From Gemmatimonadota bacterium (lineage in GTDB: Bacteria > JBHIER01 > G020348925): DNA of 64,000 nt. A program made the position numbers and the translations under genes. Shown here piece after piece: positions 11,621 through 22,000 of the stretch; positions within the stretch are counted from its first letter, which is position 1, and each line of letters starts with the position of its first letter. The notes beneath the pieces were generated by a model. That model made no database searches. It was not told the origin of the DNA and worked only from the letters and a program-made list of their open reading frames with translations. The stretch lies in NCBI GenBank assembly GCA_020348925.1, contig CP070758.1:2082030-2146029 (forward strand). The letters run 5' to 3'.

Positions 11621-11995
11621 ATGAGCAGCAAGCAATTTCATATCCTGGTGGTTGATCAGCATCGAAACAGTTTGGAAGTGTGTACGGACCTTCTGAAATC
11701 TTGGGGGTACAGAGTGACGCAAGTCTCCATGGAGCATGATGCCATTGCACTTATGAGTGACAGGACGTTCGATCTTGTGATTGCAAATCTCCAGATGCCT
11801 GAGATGGGAGTGAGACGCATTCTGGAACATGCCAGGGAGAAAGATCCGCCGGTTCCTGTTATCGTATTGGCTGCCTTCGGTTCCGTTGACAGGGCTGTTG
11901 AAGTGATGCGCCAGGGTGCAGCGGATTATGTCAGAAAACCCCTATCGCCAGAGAAGCTGCAATCAAAAATAGAATCGATTTTAAAGGAGAAATAA
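11621..11995 (+). CDS. Stand-alone atypical receiver (pseudo-receiver) domain protein
   Basis: Receiver pattern ILVVD...FDLVIANLQMP...VIVLAAFG...DYVRKP; the phospho-acceptor Asp position is Asn. Confidence 0.85.
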   Translation: MSSKQFHILVVDQHRNSLEVCTDLLKSWGYRVTQVSMEHDAIALMSDRTFDLVIANLQMPEMGVRRILEHAREKDPPVPVIVLAAFGSVDRAVEVMRQGAADYVRKPLSPEKLQSKIESILKEK

Positions 11996-12178
11996 GCTTC
12001 ACCTTGAAAACCAAGAAGCGAACGATTGCCAAGAGCTCAGGAATAGTTGGAGATGATCATTTTGCGCTGTACAGAGGCACGAGCCGAATATTACTTAAGC
12101 CGTTTTTCAACGAAAATTTCGCGGTTCTGCCCCCTGCTCATAATGGCGGAGTGGAAGGTTTCGAATCCGCCCAACCGA

Positions 12179-12265
12179 TCCCCAGTCGATGACCGGCTTA
12201 TGGTGTGTCTACCATCTCAGCACTTTCATCCTATGCCGAAATCATAGGTCGGTGTCGACTGGGGA
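12179..12265. repeat. Long imperfect inverted repeat (hairpin)
   Basis: TCCCCAGTCGATGACCGGCTTATG (12179-12202) pairs with CATAGGTCGGTGTCGACTGGGGA (12243-12265) using G-U pairs. Confidence 0.6.
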
Positions 12266-13123
12266 GAAGTGAAGTAAGAGAACGATCGTTTCACGGTCCC
12301 GGAGAGCTCGTTTTGGCGAAAACGTATGAAACGCAGAACGAACGATACATCGATTACGATGCAGGCGTGACAGAAGAGTGAAGGAGTTGTTTTGAGATAA
12401 ATCGTCCCAGTCGATGGCTGTCGATCCATGAATTGGGATCGTACTGTCTCTTGTAAATATTTTTTTAGCGGAGTGAAAACATGGATCGCCATCGGCTGGG
12501 ATACAAAAAATGCTTTGATCCTCGTCCAGGACGAGCAAAAGTGCTGGATGCGGAAAAGGGCACACATTCGAAAGCTCACCCAACCTCAATACGGTGAAGA
12601 AAACGGATACGGCAGGCGGAGAGGCGTGAACGCAGGATGTCAGGTGCGTTCGAAGCGATGCTCGATGGAAACACTCAAGTCTAAACGGTTTCTCTGTAAC
12701 GGGCGATTTTGCTTTCGGAGCAAGGCGTATGCGATAAGGGGAAGGGAAGGATTTGTCCGCTTCGAGTTCTTTGAAAAAAGAGGCATGTCGGCCGCCTGCT
12801 CACCTCCTGCGCCTGTGAGAAGATCGAACGTCGGGCGATCGCCCTGCTTTCTGTTCTCTCTTGCGCAGTCCGTACGTTTGCGGTCTCTGTTGCGCGCACT
12901 GATTTGTCGCGGAATCGTGAGATGGTATGAGATCCACATCGAGGATGTTTTGAGGGTCGTATCAGTATGAGGCAGTGGGCAAGAGAATCTCTTTTTCTCG
13001 ATTTTTGGGCGTTGGATTTCTAAATTCATGTGTGAATTTGGTGGTGACGTTTTGGTCAATGAAGAATTCATTATGATACAGAACAAATTCCCTAAAGGTA
13101 TGGTTCTTATTAAGGAGGGGGCT

Positions 13124-13357
13124 ATGAAAGGTGAAGTGACCGACAAGATTGCAGCCTTAGTAACCGCTGCTTTCGGACTTGTTGCTGCTCTGGCGTGGAA
13201 CGGGGCGATTATTACTATTTTCAAGAAAATTTTCGGTGGCCAAGAAACGATTGCTTCAATGCTTATCTATGCGGTTCTTGTTACAATCATTGCAGTTCTT
13301 GCGACCATCTGGGTCGGCAAAGCTGTTGCGAAAGCCAAAGGAGGGGAATCGTCGTAA
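13124..13357 (+). CDS. DUF5654-family small membrane protein
   Basis: LVTAAFGLVAALAWN...YAVLVTIIAV signature; RBS AAGGAGG before the ATG at 13124. Confidence 0.85.
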   Translation: MKGEVTDKIAALVTAAFGLVAALAWNGAIITIFKKIFGGQETIASMLIYAVLVTIIAVLATIWVGKAVAKAKGGESS

Positions 13358-13498
13358 CGTACAGTATCTGACGACCCGTCAGACATTCATTGTTTTTTGA
13401 AGATAACGAGCGAAATGAAAAACTGCAGCGTTAAACAGTACCATACCTTTAGGGAGTATTTTGAACAAACCGCACATTTACAAAAAAGGGAGTAAGAT

Positions 13499-14359
13499 AT
13501 GAAATTCTGGAGCATATTCGTTGCTGTGACGCTTACTTTATCAGTCTTCGCACCGACCGTCTGCGCCGAAGCCGATCAATGGGGAGACTTCGGTGTGACC
13601 TACCAGGTCATTGCCGGACTCAATGTCACACAGAACACGTACGACAATTGGGCAGCCGGTGGTGAGGACGCTCTGGCCTATACTCTGACACTCAACTCGA
13701 AAATAGAGAAAAATCGGCCCAAATATATCTGGACCGTAACCGGCGATTTCGCCTTCGGCCAGACGAAACAGGGGGACGATCCCGTAAAAAATGCCCTCGA
13801 TAAAATCTCCGTGGAAGGTCTGTACACGTATAAGTTGGGCGCATATGTCAATCCCTACGTCGGCTTGGGTTTTGATACGCAGTTTACCAAGGGGTATGAT
13901 TATTCCCAGGACCCAAAGGTGTCAAGGTCGAACTTTTTGGATCCAATTTATATTATGGGTGGAGCGGGGGCGGGCTTCTTTCTCAAGCCCAATTTGAAGA
14001 CGCGTCTCGGTTTGGCCTTCAAGGAGACGAGGGCCGATAAGTTTGCGAATTTTTACACTGACGACCCGGAGACACCTGCGGAGGTCGAGAAATCGCGCTT
14101 CGAGACTGGTCTCGAATCCGTTACGGACTTCAATGCGAAATTGGGGGAGAATCTTTTGTACGAAACAAAGTTGGGACTGTTCTCCGCCTTCGAGCACCTT
14201 GATGTCGTCGACATCAAGTGGGACAATAAATGGACCGCTCAGGTGGCAAAGTACGTCAGTGTTAATTTGAATATCCTTATTTATTATGACGAAGACATTG
14301 TCAAGAAAACACAAATCAAAGAGACCCTGGCCATCGGATTGACGTATACTCTTTTTTAA
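13499..14359 (+). CDS. DUF3078-like outer-membrane beta-barrel protein
   Basis: Signal peptide; TQNTYDNWAAGGE motif; amphipathic strands; ends QIKETLAIGLTYTLF with a terminal Phe. Confidence 0.8.
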   Translation: MKFWSIFVAVTLTLSVFAPTVCAEADQWGDFGVTYQVIAGLNVTQNTYDNWAAGGEDALAYTLTLNSKIEKNRPKYIWTVTGDFAFGQTKQGDDPVKNALDKISVEGLYTYKLGAYVNPYVGLGFDTQFTKGYDYSQDPKVSRSNFLDPIYIMGGAGAGFFLKPNLKTRLGLAFKETRADKFANFYTDDPETPAEVEKSRFETGLESVTDFNAKLGENLLYETKLGLFSAFEHLDVVDIKWDNKWTAQVAKYVSVNLNILIYYDEDIVKKTQIKETLAIGLTYTLF

Positions 14360-14479
14360 CCCATGTTCCAGGGAGGGTCAGAACGAAAGGGGGTGTTGCT
14401 CAGCGAGAGAGAACGTGCAATTTTTTGAATGCGTTGTCAGGGAATATTCAACAGGGTATCAGGAAAGGAAGTATTGGGT

Positions 14480-15292
14480 ATGCAGGATGTCTTTGAAACA
14501 CTGACGTCATTTGCCACAGTCTATGTGCTGAAGGTCGTTGGGGCGATCGTTATCCTCATCATCGGTAGGATTGCGGCGAACATTGGTAAGCGTATTATTA
14601 TGAAGCTGATGAGGAACCGAAACGTGGACGAAGCCATCGTAGGTTTCGTCGGCACCTTGGCGAAAACCCTCATTCTCGTAGTGGCAGTTGTGGCCGCGTT
14701 GGAAGCATTTGGGGTTAAAACCGCGTCCTTTGTCGCCATCCTCGCCGCCGCCGGTTTTGCCATCGGTTTTGCCCTCCAGGGTTCCCTGTCCAATTTCGCT
14801 GCCGGCGTCATGTTGCTCGTATTCAGACCCTTTAAAGTCGGCGATTTCATCGATGCCGCAGGAGAGAAAGGATCCGTCAGGGCTATTCGTATCTTTACGA
14901 CGGAATTGGCCAGTCCGGACAATGTTCAGATTATTATCCCCAACGGGCAGATTTTCGGTTCGATCATCAAAAACTACGCCGCCAACGACATTCGTCGGGT
15001 CGATCTGACGGCCGGCATCGGGTACGGCTCGGATATGACGAAAGCGGCCGATATTCTCCTGCGAATCCTGAAAGAGGATCCGCTGGTGCTGGACGAACCG
15101 GCACCTGTGGTGGCAGTCTCCGAGCTGGCTGATTCGAGCGTCAATTTTGTTGTGCGACCGTGGTGCAAGAAGGAGAATTACTGGACGTTATTCTTCAGAA
15201 TAACCCAGAACATCAAGGAAGAGTTCGACAAGGCCGGGATCGAAATCCCCTTCCCGCAGAGAGACGTCCATATGTACAAGGAAACGGCGTAG
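14480..15292 (+). CDS. mscS: Small-conductance mechanosensitive channel
   Basis: AAGFAIGFALQGSLSNFAAGV, RPFKVGD, IIPNG, GIEIPFPQRDVH. Confidence 0.92.
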   Translation: MQDVFETLTSFATVYVLKVVGAIVILIIGRIAANIGKRIIMKLMRNRNVDEAIVGFVGTLAKTLILVVAVVAALEAFGVKTASFVAILAAAGFAIGFALQGSLSNFAAGVMLLVFRPFKVGDFIDAAGEKGSVRAIRIFTTELASPDNVQIIIPNGQIFGSIIKNYAANDIRRVDLTAGIGYGSDMTKAADILLRILKEDPLVLDEPAPVVAVSELADSSVNFVVRPWCKKENYWTLFFRITQNIKEEFDKAGIEIPFPQRDVHMYKETA

Positions 15293-15461
15293 TTTGTGTC
15301 TTGGATGCAGGAACAGGCATTGTACTCTCTCTATTTTTTAGGAGAATGAGGAGGTGATGATAGAACGGATTGTGTTCGTAGTGATGCGTCGTATGTTTCT
15401 TGTTCATCGTAACGTGATTTCTCGTTACCAGATATGAGTGATTTCGAGGAGGGAAAAAGAT

Positions 15462-16856
15462 ATGAGAAAAACAGTATCGATACTGATGGCAATCGGTTTT
15501 TTCGGTTTCCTGTGTCAAGCGGGAATGGCCAACGATGTCGCCCAGAAGGTGGGTGTCGGAGTAAATTTCGGTCTGGAGAAATATCGGGGCGAAGAAAAGT
15601 TCAATGAAAGCTCCACCTTCGGATCTGCCCGGGAGTTTTTTATCCGCTACGGTCTGTCATCAAAAGTCGGCGCGGTATTCAACTATAGCTTAACGGATTT
15701 GGAGACCGATTCCTTTAAAACTGAGGTCAGTCCTGCCCTGGAGTTCAAGCTCCTGTTCACGATGTTCCCTGAAAAAAGAATCAGTCCCTTTGTCTTTACT
15801 GGAGCCGGTCTCATCGATTTCACGCCCCGAGATCCTGAAGGCCATGATTTTCCGGTGCAGGAGGATGAGGATTACGGGAAGCGCAAAGCGATGGTTCTGC
15901 TGGGCGCCGGTGTCGAGTTTTTCATCAACGAATATGTCGCACTCAATGCGATGGTTGATACGCATCTTCCTTTCACCGATCAGCTTGATGCGCAGGCATT
16001 GGGGGATTGGGATGATGGGTACTGGGGGGGGAAGGTCGGCCTGACGTTCTTTGCCGGGACTACGGACTCTGATGGTGACGGAATTCCCAACAAACATGAC
16101 GCCGATCCGAAGCATCCAGAGGATTTTGACGATTTCGAGGACGACGACGGTGCGCCTGACTTCGATAACGACCGCGATGGCATACCGGATATGTACGATT
16201 GGGCTCCCCTGAGTCGAGAGGATGTCGATAACTTCGAGGATTGGGACGGTGCGCCGGATTTCGACAACGACGGCGACGGTATTCCGGATGACAAAGACAA
16301 AGCACCGAATCAGCCGGAGGATTACGACGGCTTTGAGGATGAGGATGGCGTTCCGGACTACGACAACGACGGCGACGGTATTCCGGACATTTACGACGGT
16401 GCGGCCAATGAGCCTGAGACCTTGAATGATTACATGGATTGGGACGGCATTCCGGATGAAGCTGCGAAGAGAGAGCCGGAACCGATCAAAGTCGACATCA
16501 TGCCGGAGAAGGTCGGGGAGAAGGTTGTCCTTCGGGGGGTCAATTTTGAGACGGGATCGGCGAAACTCACCTTGAACTCCTATGCCGTACTCGATGGGGT
16601 CGTGGAAGTTCTGGGAAAACATTCCGAAATAGAGCTTGAAATTCAAGGACACACGGACAGCCAGGGGAATGACGCGTACAATCAGGGTCTGTCTCAGAGG
16701 CGGGCCGATTCGGTCATGAACTATCTCCTCCAAAATGGAGTTGCATCCTATCGGCTACGAGCTGTTGGTTATGGTGAACGTTATCCGATTGCCTCAAACG
16801 ACACGGCCGAGGGACGAGCCCTCAACAGAAGGGTTGAATTTCTGAGAACGAAATAG
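15462..16856 (+). CDS. OmpA-family protein (beta-barrel, Asp-rich TSP3-like Ca-binding repeats, OmpA-C domain)
   Basis: Signal peptide; ~31-aa repeats EDxDxFEDxDGxPDxDNDxDGIPD; NFETGSA, IQGHTDSQG, LSQRRADSV, NRRVEF. Confidence 0.92.
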   Translation: MRKTVSILMAIGFFGFLCQAGMANDVAQKVGVGVNFGLEKYRGEEKFNESSTFGSAREFFIRYGLSSKVGAVFNYSLTDLETDSFKTEVSPALEFKLLFTMFPEKRISPFVFTGAGLIDFTPRDPEGHDFPVQEDEDYGKRKAMVLLGAGVEFFINEYVALNAMVDTHLPFTDQLDAQALGDWDDGYWGGKVGLTFFAGTTDSDGDGIPNKHDADPKHPEDFDDFEDDDGAPDFDNDRDGIPDMYDWAPLSREDVDNFEDWDGAPDFDNDGDGIPDDKDKAPNQPEDYDGFEDEDGVPDYDNDGDGIPDIYDGAANEPETLNDYMDWDGIPDEAAKREPEPIKVDIMPEKVGEKVVLRGVNFETGSAKLTLNSYAVLDGVVEVLGKHSEIELEIQGHTDSQGNDAYNQGLSQRRADSVMNYLLQNGVASYRLRAVGYGERYPIASNDTAEGRALNRRVEFLRTK

Positions 16857-16883
16857 GACATCGATTCACATTCGGTGCAACGC

Positions 16884-16916
16884 AAGGGGGACGTTCGGTG
16901 CGAACGTCCCCCTTTT
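16884..16916 (+). terminator. Rho-independent terminator
   Basis: AAGGGGGACGTTCG-GTG-CGAACGTCCCCCTT followed by T's, after the OmpA gene. Confidence 0.7.
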
Positions 16917-16963
16917 CCCTGGATTTGAAGGGCACGGCGTGCACCCGGAGAGAGGAGGTACTT

Positions 16964-17464
16964 GTGGCAACTGTTGAGAATTTGAAGGATGCCTTTGCCG
17001 GCGAGAGCCAGGCGAACAGGAAATATTTGGCCTTTGCCAAGAAAGCGGAAGCCGATGGCTATCCCCAGGTGGCGAAGCTTTTTCGCGCTGCCGCCGAAGC
17101 GGAGACCGTTCACGCCCACGCCCACCTCCGCGTCATGGGCGGTATCCAGGATACGACGGAGAATCTCCAAGCGGCCATCGAGGGCGAGGGATTTGAATTC
17201 AAGGATATGTACCCGAAGTATGTTGATGAGGCCGAAGCGGAAGGGAATAAAGCCGCAGTGGTCTCCTTCAAGAACGCTTTGGCGGTCGAGGAAATTCATC
17301 ACGGTCTCTACGGAACTGCGCTGGAGGCGGTGCGCGCGGGGGATGACCTGCCGGAAGCGAAGATATTCGTCTGTTCTGTCTGCGGGAATACGGTCCTGGA
17401 CCATGCCCCGGACACGTGTCCGATCTGTGGTGCTCCCGAAGCGAAGTTTTTTGAGATCGGTTAG
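16964..17464 (+). CDS. rbr: Rubrerythrin
   Basis: AFAGESQANRKY, EAETVHA, EEIHH, rubredoxin-like CSVCG...CPICG; GTG start after GAGGAGG. Confidence 0.93.
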   Translation: MATVENLKDAFAGESQANRKYLAFAKKAEADGYPQVAKLFRAAAEAETVHAHAHLRVMGGIQDTTENLQAAIEGEGFEFKDMYPKYVDEAEAEGNKAAVVSFKNALAVEEIHHGLYGTALEAVRAGDDLPEAKIFVCSVCGNTVLDHAPDTCPICGAPEAKFFEIG

Positions 17465-17578
17465 GGCTCTTTGATCGTTTCCGGAGTGTTATCCTGAAAA
17501 ATTTTTGAGGCCATCCTGTCTTCCGGCGGGATGGCCTCTTCCGCCTCGATCGATAGAAGCGGTTCCACGGAGGGCGAT

Positions 17579-18466
17579 ATGAGGGAAACAGCGAAACCAA
17601 CCGAAAAGAGACCGCTGATGTGTTGGTTCGTACTTTTGGGGGTCCTGTTCTTATCCTGTTCGGGATTTCGGGAGCTCGCTGAATCGGCCAAAGTGAAGCG
17701 TCCGGGCGTCGCATTTGCCGGGGCGAACATAACCGGATTGTCCTTTGAAAATATTGATTTCATGTTTGATATCCGTATTGTAAATCCGAATCCCGTGGGG
17801 GTGAAACTGGCCGGCTTTGACTACGATTTCCGCATTGACGACAACACCTTTGTGAGTGGTGATCGGGCGGAGAGGATTGAGATTCTGGCAGAGGGGGAGC
17901 ATACGGTGCATCTACCCCTATCGATTGCGTTTTCAAGCCTGTACAGAGCTTTCCAGAGCCTGCGCGACAGTGACACCTCCTCATACCATTTAAATTGCGG
18001 TTTTTCTTTTGATGTGCCGATTCTTGGACCTGTCCGGATCCCTGTGAGCACGAAAGGGGATCTTCCTCTTCTCAAACTTCCTCGAGTGAACCTGGAGCAA
18101 CTTTCTCTGAAACATCTCGACGTGACAGAGGCTGATCTTGAGCTGGGTGTCCGGGTGCATAACCCGAACGGTTTTTCCATGCTTCTTGAGCGGTTCAATT
18201 ATCAATTTCTGATCAACGGACAACCGTGGGCATCAGGAGTGGTTCGCGAAAAAATGGAAGTTTCGGAGAGGAGCGAACGCCTTGTGTCGATACCGATCTC
18301 TTTAAATTTCCTGCAAATCGGGCGCTCGGCTTATCGGATGCTTGAGGGAGATCAAGCGTTTCGCTATGAATTGAAAGGCGATTTTGATGTGACCGGCACG
18401 CTGTCACTGTTGGAAAAAGTCAATCTCAACTTCGATCGTTCCGGGTTCACAGAGTTAATACGGTAG
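17579..18466 (+). CDS. LEA type-2 (WHy) tandem-domain lipoprotein
   Basis: Lipobox-like FLSC; two NPN motifs (IVNPNP, VHNPNG), each followed by a YxF-xI-x[DG] strand pattern. Confidence 0.85.
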   Translation: MRETAKPTEKRPLMCWFVLLGVLFLSCSGFRELAESAKVKRPGVAFAGANITGLSFENIDFMFDIRIVNPNPVGVKLAGFDYDFRIDDNTFVSGDRAERIEILAEGEHTVHLPLSIAFSSLYRAFQSLRDSDTSSYHLNCGFSFDVPILGPVRIPVSTKGDLPLLKLPRVNLEQLSLKHLDVTEADLELGVRVHNPNGFSMLLERFNYQFLINGQPWASGVVREKMEVSERSERLVSIPISLNFLQIGRSAYRMLEGDQAFRYELKGDFDVTGTLSLLEKVNLNFDRSGFTELIR

Positions 18467-19006
18467 GAATTGAGGGGCGAACGGTCCTTCGACCCTCAAC
18501 TGACTCGCCAACGGCAAAAGAGGTTATCCGTGAGGATGTTATAAGAAACGGGTATCATCCCACCCCCAAAAAAGGTCGATGCCTTGACTCTGTCGATGAA
18601 GGTTCGTGTGGAGGTTGCGTTGACGGGATTGTCCTGAGTTCACGATGGATCTCTTCTCTTCTCCTCCGTCGCAGCGCTTTCCAAGGAGCGAATGCGGAAA
18701 TCGGTCTCAGGGAATTGACATTTTTTCGACTTATCTTAAAGAAAAGACTTGACTTTAGTATACTTCCTTTATTATTATTACCTTTGGTCCATTATGATGA
18801 CGTTCTTAGTGTTGAACAGTTGCCCAACAGAGGGTCGAGGACAACGTGTCATTCATCTTGAATACAAGGCAAAGCTGAAAACGATTATTGATACCATTTT
18901 GAGGAATCTTCACCCATTTTTTAGCAACTGTGGCGAAACTTGCAAAGGACGTCTTTCTATATGTGCGTATTATGTCGGCACAGTGAATATGATAAGGAGA
19001 GAAAGA

Positions 19007-22000
19007 ATGGATGGACTCAAACGGTACTGTGCGTTTCTTCTGACAGTCTTGCTGGTTGTGGGTGCCGGGGGTATATGGGCGGCGACCATTGAGGTGAGTC
19101 AGCCAAACTCTGTGACAGCCAACAGTGCCTACGATCGCAATCCCTCAATAATTCATGACGGGACTTTCTATTGGCTCTTCTACACGAAGGGGGACGATAC
19201 CAGTACCGGCGGCGTTCGCGGGGTGAGCTACAATCCCGACGGTGACACCTACGTGCTTTTTTACAAGAGGGCAGCCACAATTGCCGGCTTGGCCGGCGAG
19301 GCCGAGACGAAGCTCTCGCTGTCCGAATCGGCGCGTCCGGCCAATTTCGACCAGCGGGTGGTGTGTGCAACATACTTCGGCGGTAAAATATACGCCTTTG
19401 TCTCCAGCGGGCAGTCCGGCACGAACCGCGGTTTGTACTATTACGAGTACAGCGGCGGATCCTGGGGTGGTCCCATGACGCTGATTGCCGATACGGGCGT
19501 CCCAAATCGCGGCGGACACGTCAACGTGACCAGCGATGGATCGAGGGTGTACATCGTTTGGGAGTGTTCCGACGGCACTGCAGATGCGTACACATGGGAC
19601 GGCGCGACGCTCAGTTCCAAAATCGATGTGAGCAATGACAACATGCCAAAGATCACCCTGATGGGAACTACGCTCTATGTGGTCAGCATTGAGGATGGCA
19701 CCGGCGACATTGAGGTCCACTCCGCAGCATCCGGGGCGAGTCCCAGTTTCACCGGACACTCGACAGCAATCGCAGGAGCAGGACTCTATGATCCGTGCAT
19801 ATTTCATGATGGGACGAATCTCTATGTGATCTCCGCACCGTACGACGGAGGTGACGACCGACAGTGGTTGCTCCAGAGTATCTATAGCGGTGGCTGGGCG
19901 GCTGCGAAAACGATCGGCTACGGCGGGTATGGTACAACGTATTGGTGGGATTATTGGCCCGTGGGATATCACGACGGCTCGGATGCCTACGTGTTCTTTA
20001 CGACGGAGACGGCCAGCCCGACTTACAGTGATGGCGAGATCGCATACGTCAAGATGGATTGGAATCCTGGCAATGACCACTACTTTCATATTCAGAATGC
20101 GATCGACCAGGCGAGCAGTGGAGACGTTATCAATGTAGCAACAGGGTCGTACACTGAGAATCTATCGATTTACAAGGAACTGACCTTACAGGGTTATAGT
20201 ATGCCCACACTGACAGGTCATCATACAGTCACGGATAATAATGTGACGATAGACGGCTTCGCCTTTGTTCCCGCCAGTTACGGGATCACTATCGATGCGA
20301 CGGCTGGTTCCATCAGCAACGTGATCATCACCAATAATGTGTTCACTCTATCGGGCTACGGTGGTGTTCATATTGGTGGGGATGCGGGATCGGCCAATCT
20401 GATATCGAATGTAACGATGAGCCACAACACGTTTGACGGTCCGGTCAGCAAGGCTGCCAATCCGTGGAAGATCGGTGGGTTCTATGGTTCTCCGGCTGGT
20501 CAGGCGGTGACGGATGTGGATTTTACGGAGAACACCGTGAACAGGTGTTCGATTCCCATCAATCTGCATGACAAGAACCTCACCGACATTCTGATCAAGC
20601 AGAACATATTCCGGGATACCGATGGGGTGGTGTATGTTTGGGGTGATGGGCCGGGTGGGGTGTTGTCTCAGTTTGTGTTTGAGGAGAATGATGTGGATGG
20701 CAGCAATACGTATGGTGTGGTCCTTGGTGAGGATGGGGTTGGTGCCTATACACCCTTCGGTGATGGCAACTACGGAGCTGGTAACAAGGTGTACAACAAC
20801 AGTCTGGCTAACATTCCTGGGGGGTATGGGTATGCGTCAGTGAGTCTCAAGACGACAGGAAGCCACGTGTTGGATGCTTCTGGCAACTGGTATGGCAGTA
20901 CTGATCCCGCCACCGTTGGGGCTGCAGTGAGTGCTGGTGTGGATTACACGCCTTGGTTGGGTGTTGGTACGGACACAGATGGTGGGACGATGGGTTTCCA
21001 GGGTGATTTCTCCACCGTGTGGGTGGATGACAGCAGTCCCCAGACCGGGGCGGTAAATAGTATCCAGGAAGGCATCGATATGGTCACGGCCAGTACTGTC
21101 ATCGTGGCGCCGGGAACCTATGTAATGGATTTTATCATCAACAAGAATGATGTGGAGTTGACATCAAGTGGCGGAAAAACCGTGACGACCATCAAGGGCG
21201 TTTCGACACTGGCTTGGGCGAATTGGCCTTTAGCCAGCCCGAACATTGACCTCCAGGCCAACAATGTCAAGATTCATGGATTCACCATCGAGAGTCCGGA
21301 AATACCCGCCGCTGACTACTCAAGCGGCTTGGTTATGACAGGGACAAACAACGAGATCTACGATAACGATTTTGTTGTTCAGGAATTGACTCCGGCGAGT
21401 GGTGCTGGCGGTGTTTGCATCCAGACATATCGCAGTAGTACCATTCCGGGAAGCAACATCGATGGGCTGAACATCCATGACAACACCTTCAGTGGGACAC
21501 CTGGCGGGGATTACGTGGCGGTGTACATCAACCACACGGCAACCTCAGCAGGAGTAGTGACGGTGAGGTATAATACCTTTACCGGCAGCCCTTGGCAGGG
21601 AGTTGTGACTGAGCGGTCGAACGTTACCATTCAGGACAACCAGATCACGAGAACATCGGCCACTGCAGGCCGGGGTATCATCGTGTCTGATTTAGGTGCT
21701 CCCGGACCTAACCCGATCAACGGCGTGAGCTTGACTGGGAACACCATAAGCGGTTTCGAGTACGGTCTGCGCACCAGTTCTGGTCAGACGTTAACCAGCA
21801 TTACGGTGGCTGGCAACACCTTCAACACCAACACTGTCCAGGTTCAGGATCGTGCTAATCAGTTGAATATCGGCGATATTTGGTCTGATAATACCTTCGA
21901 CAAAGCCGTCGGGGTTTCGGGATCTCCTACACATAACACCATCTGGAGCAATATCCAGAGTGCTATCGACGATGCCGGAACATTGGACGGAGATACAGTG

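Noticed and set aside
16060-16460. Periodic repeats as a CRISPR array (also 48340-48900)
   Set aside because: They are in-frame protein repeats (TSP3-like, pentapeptide); no repeat-spacer structure and no cas genes.
18749-19006. Upstream extension of the 2827-aa ORF
   Set aside because: The signal peptide and RBS indicate a start at 19007; the extension is AT-rich promoter-like DNA.
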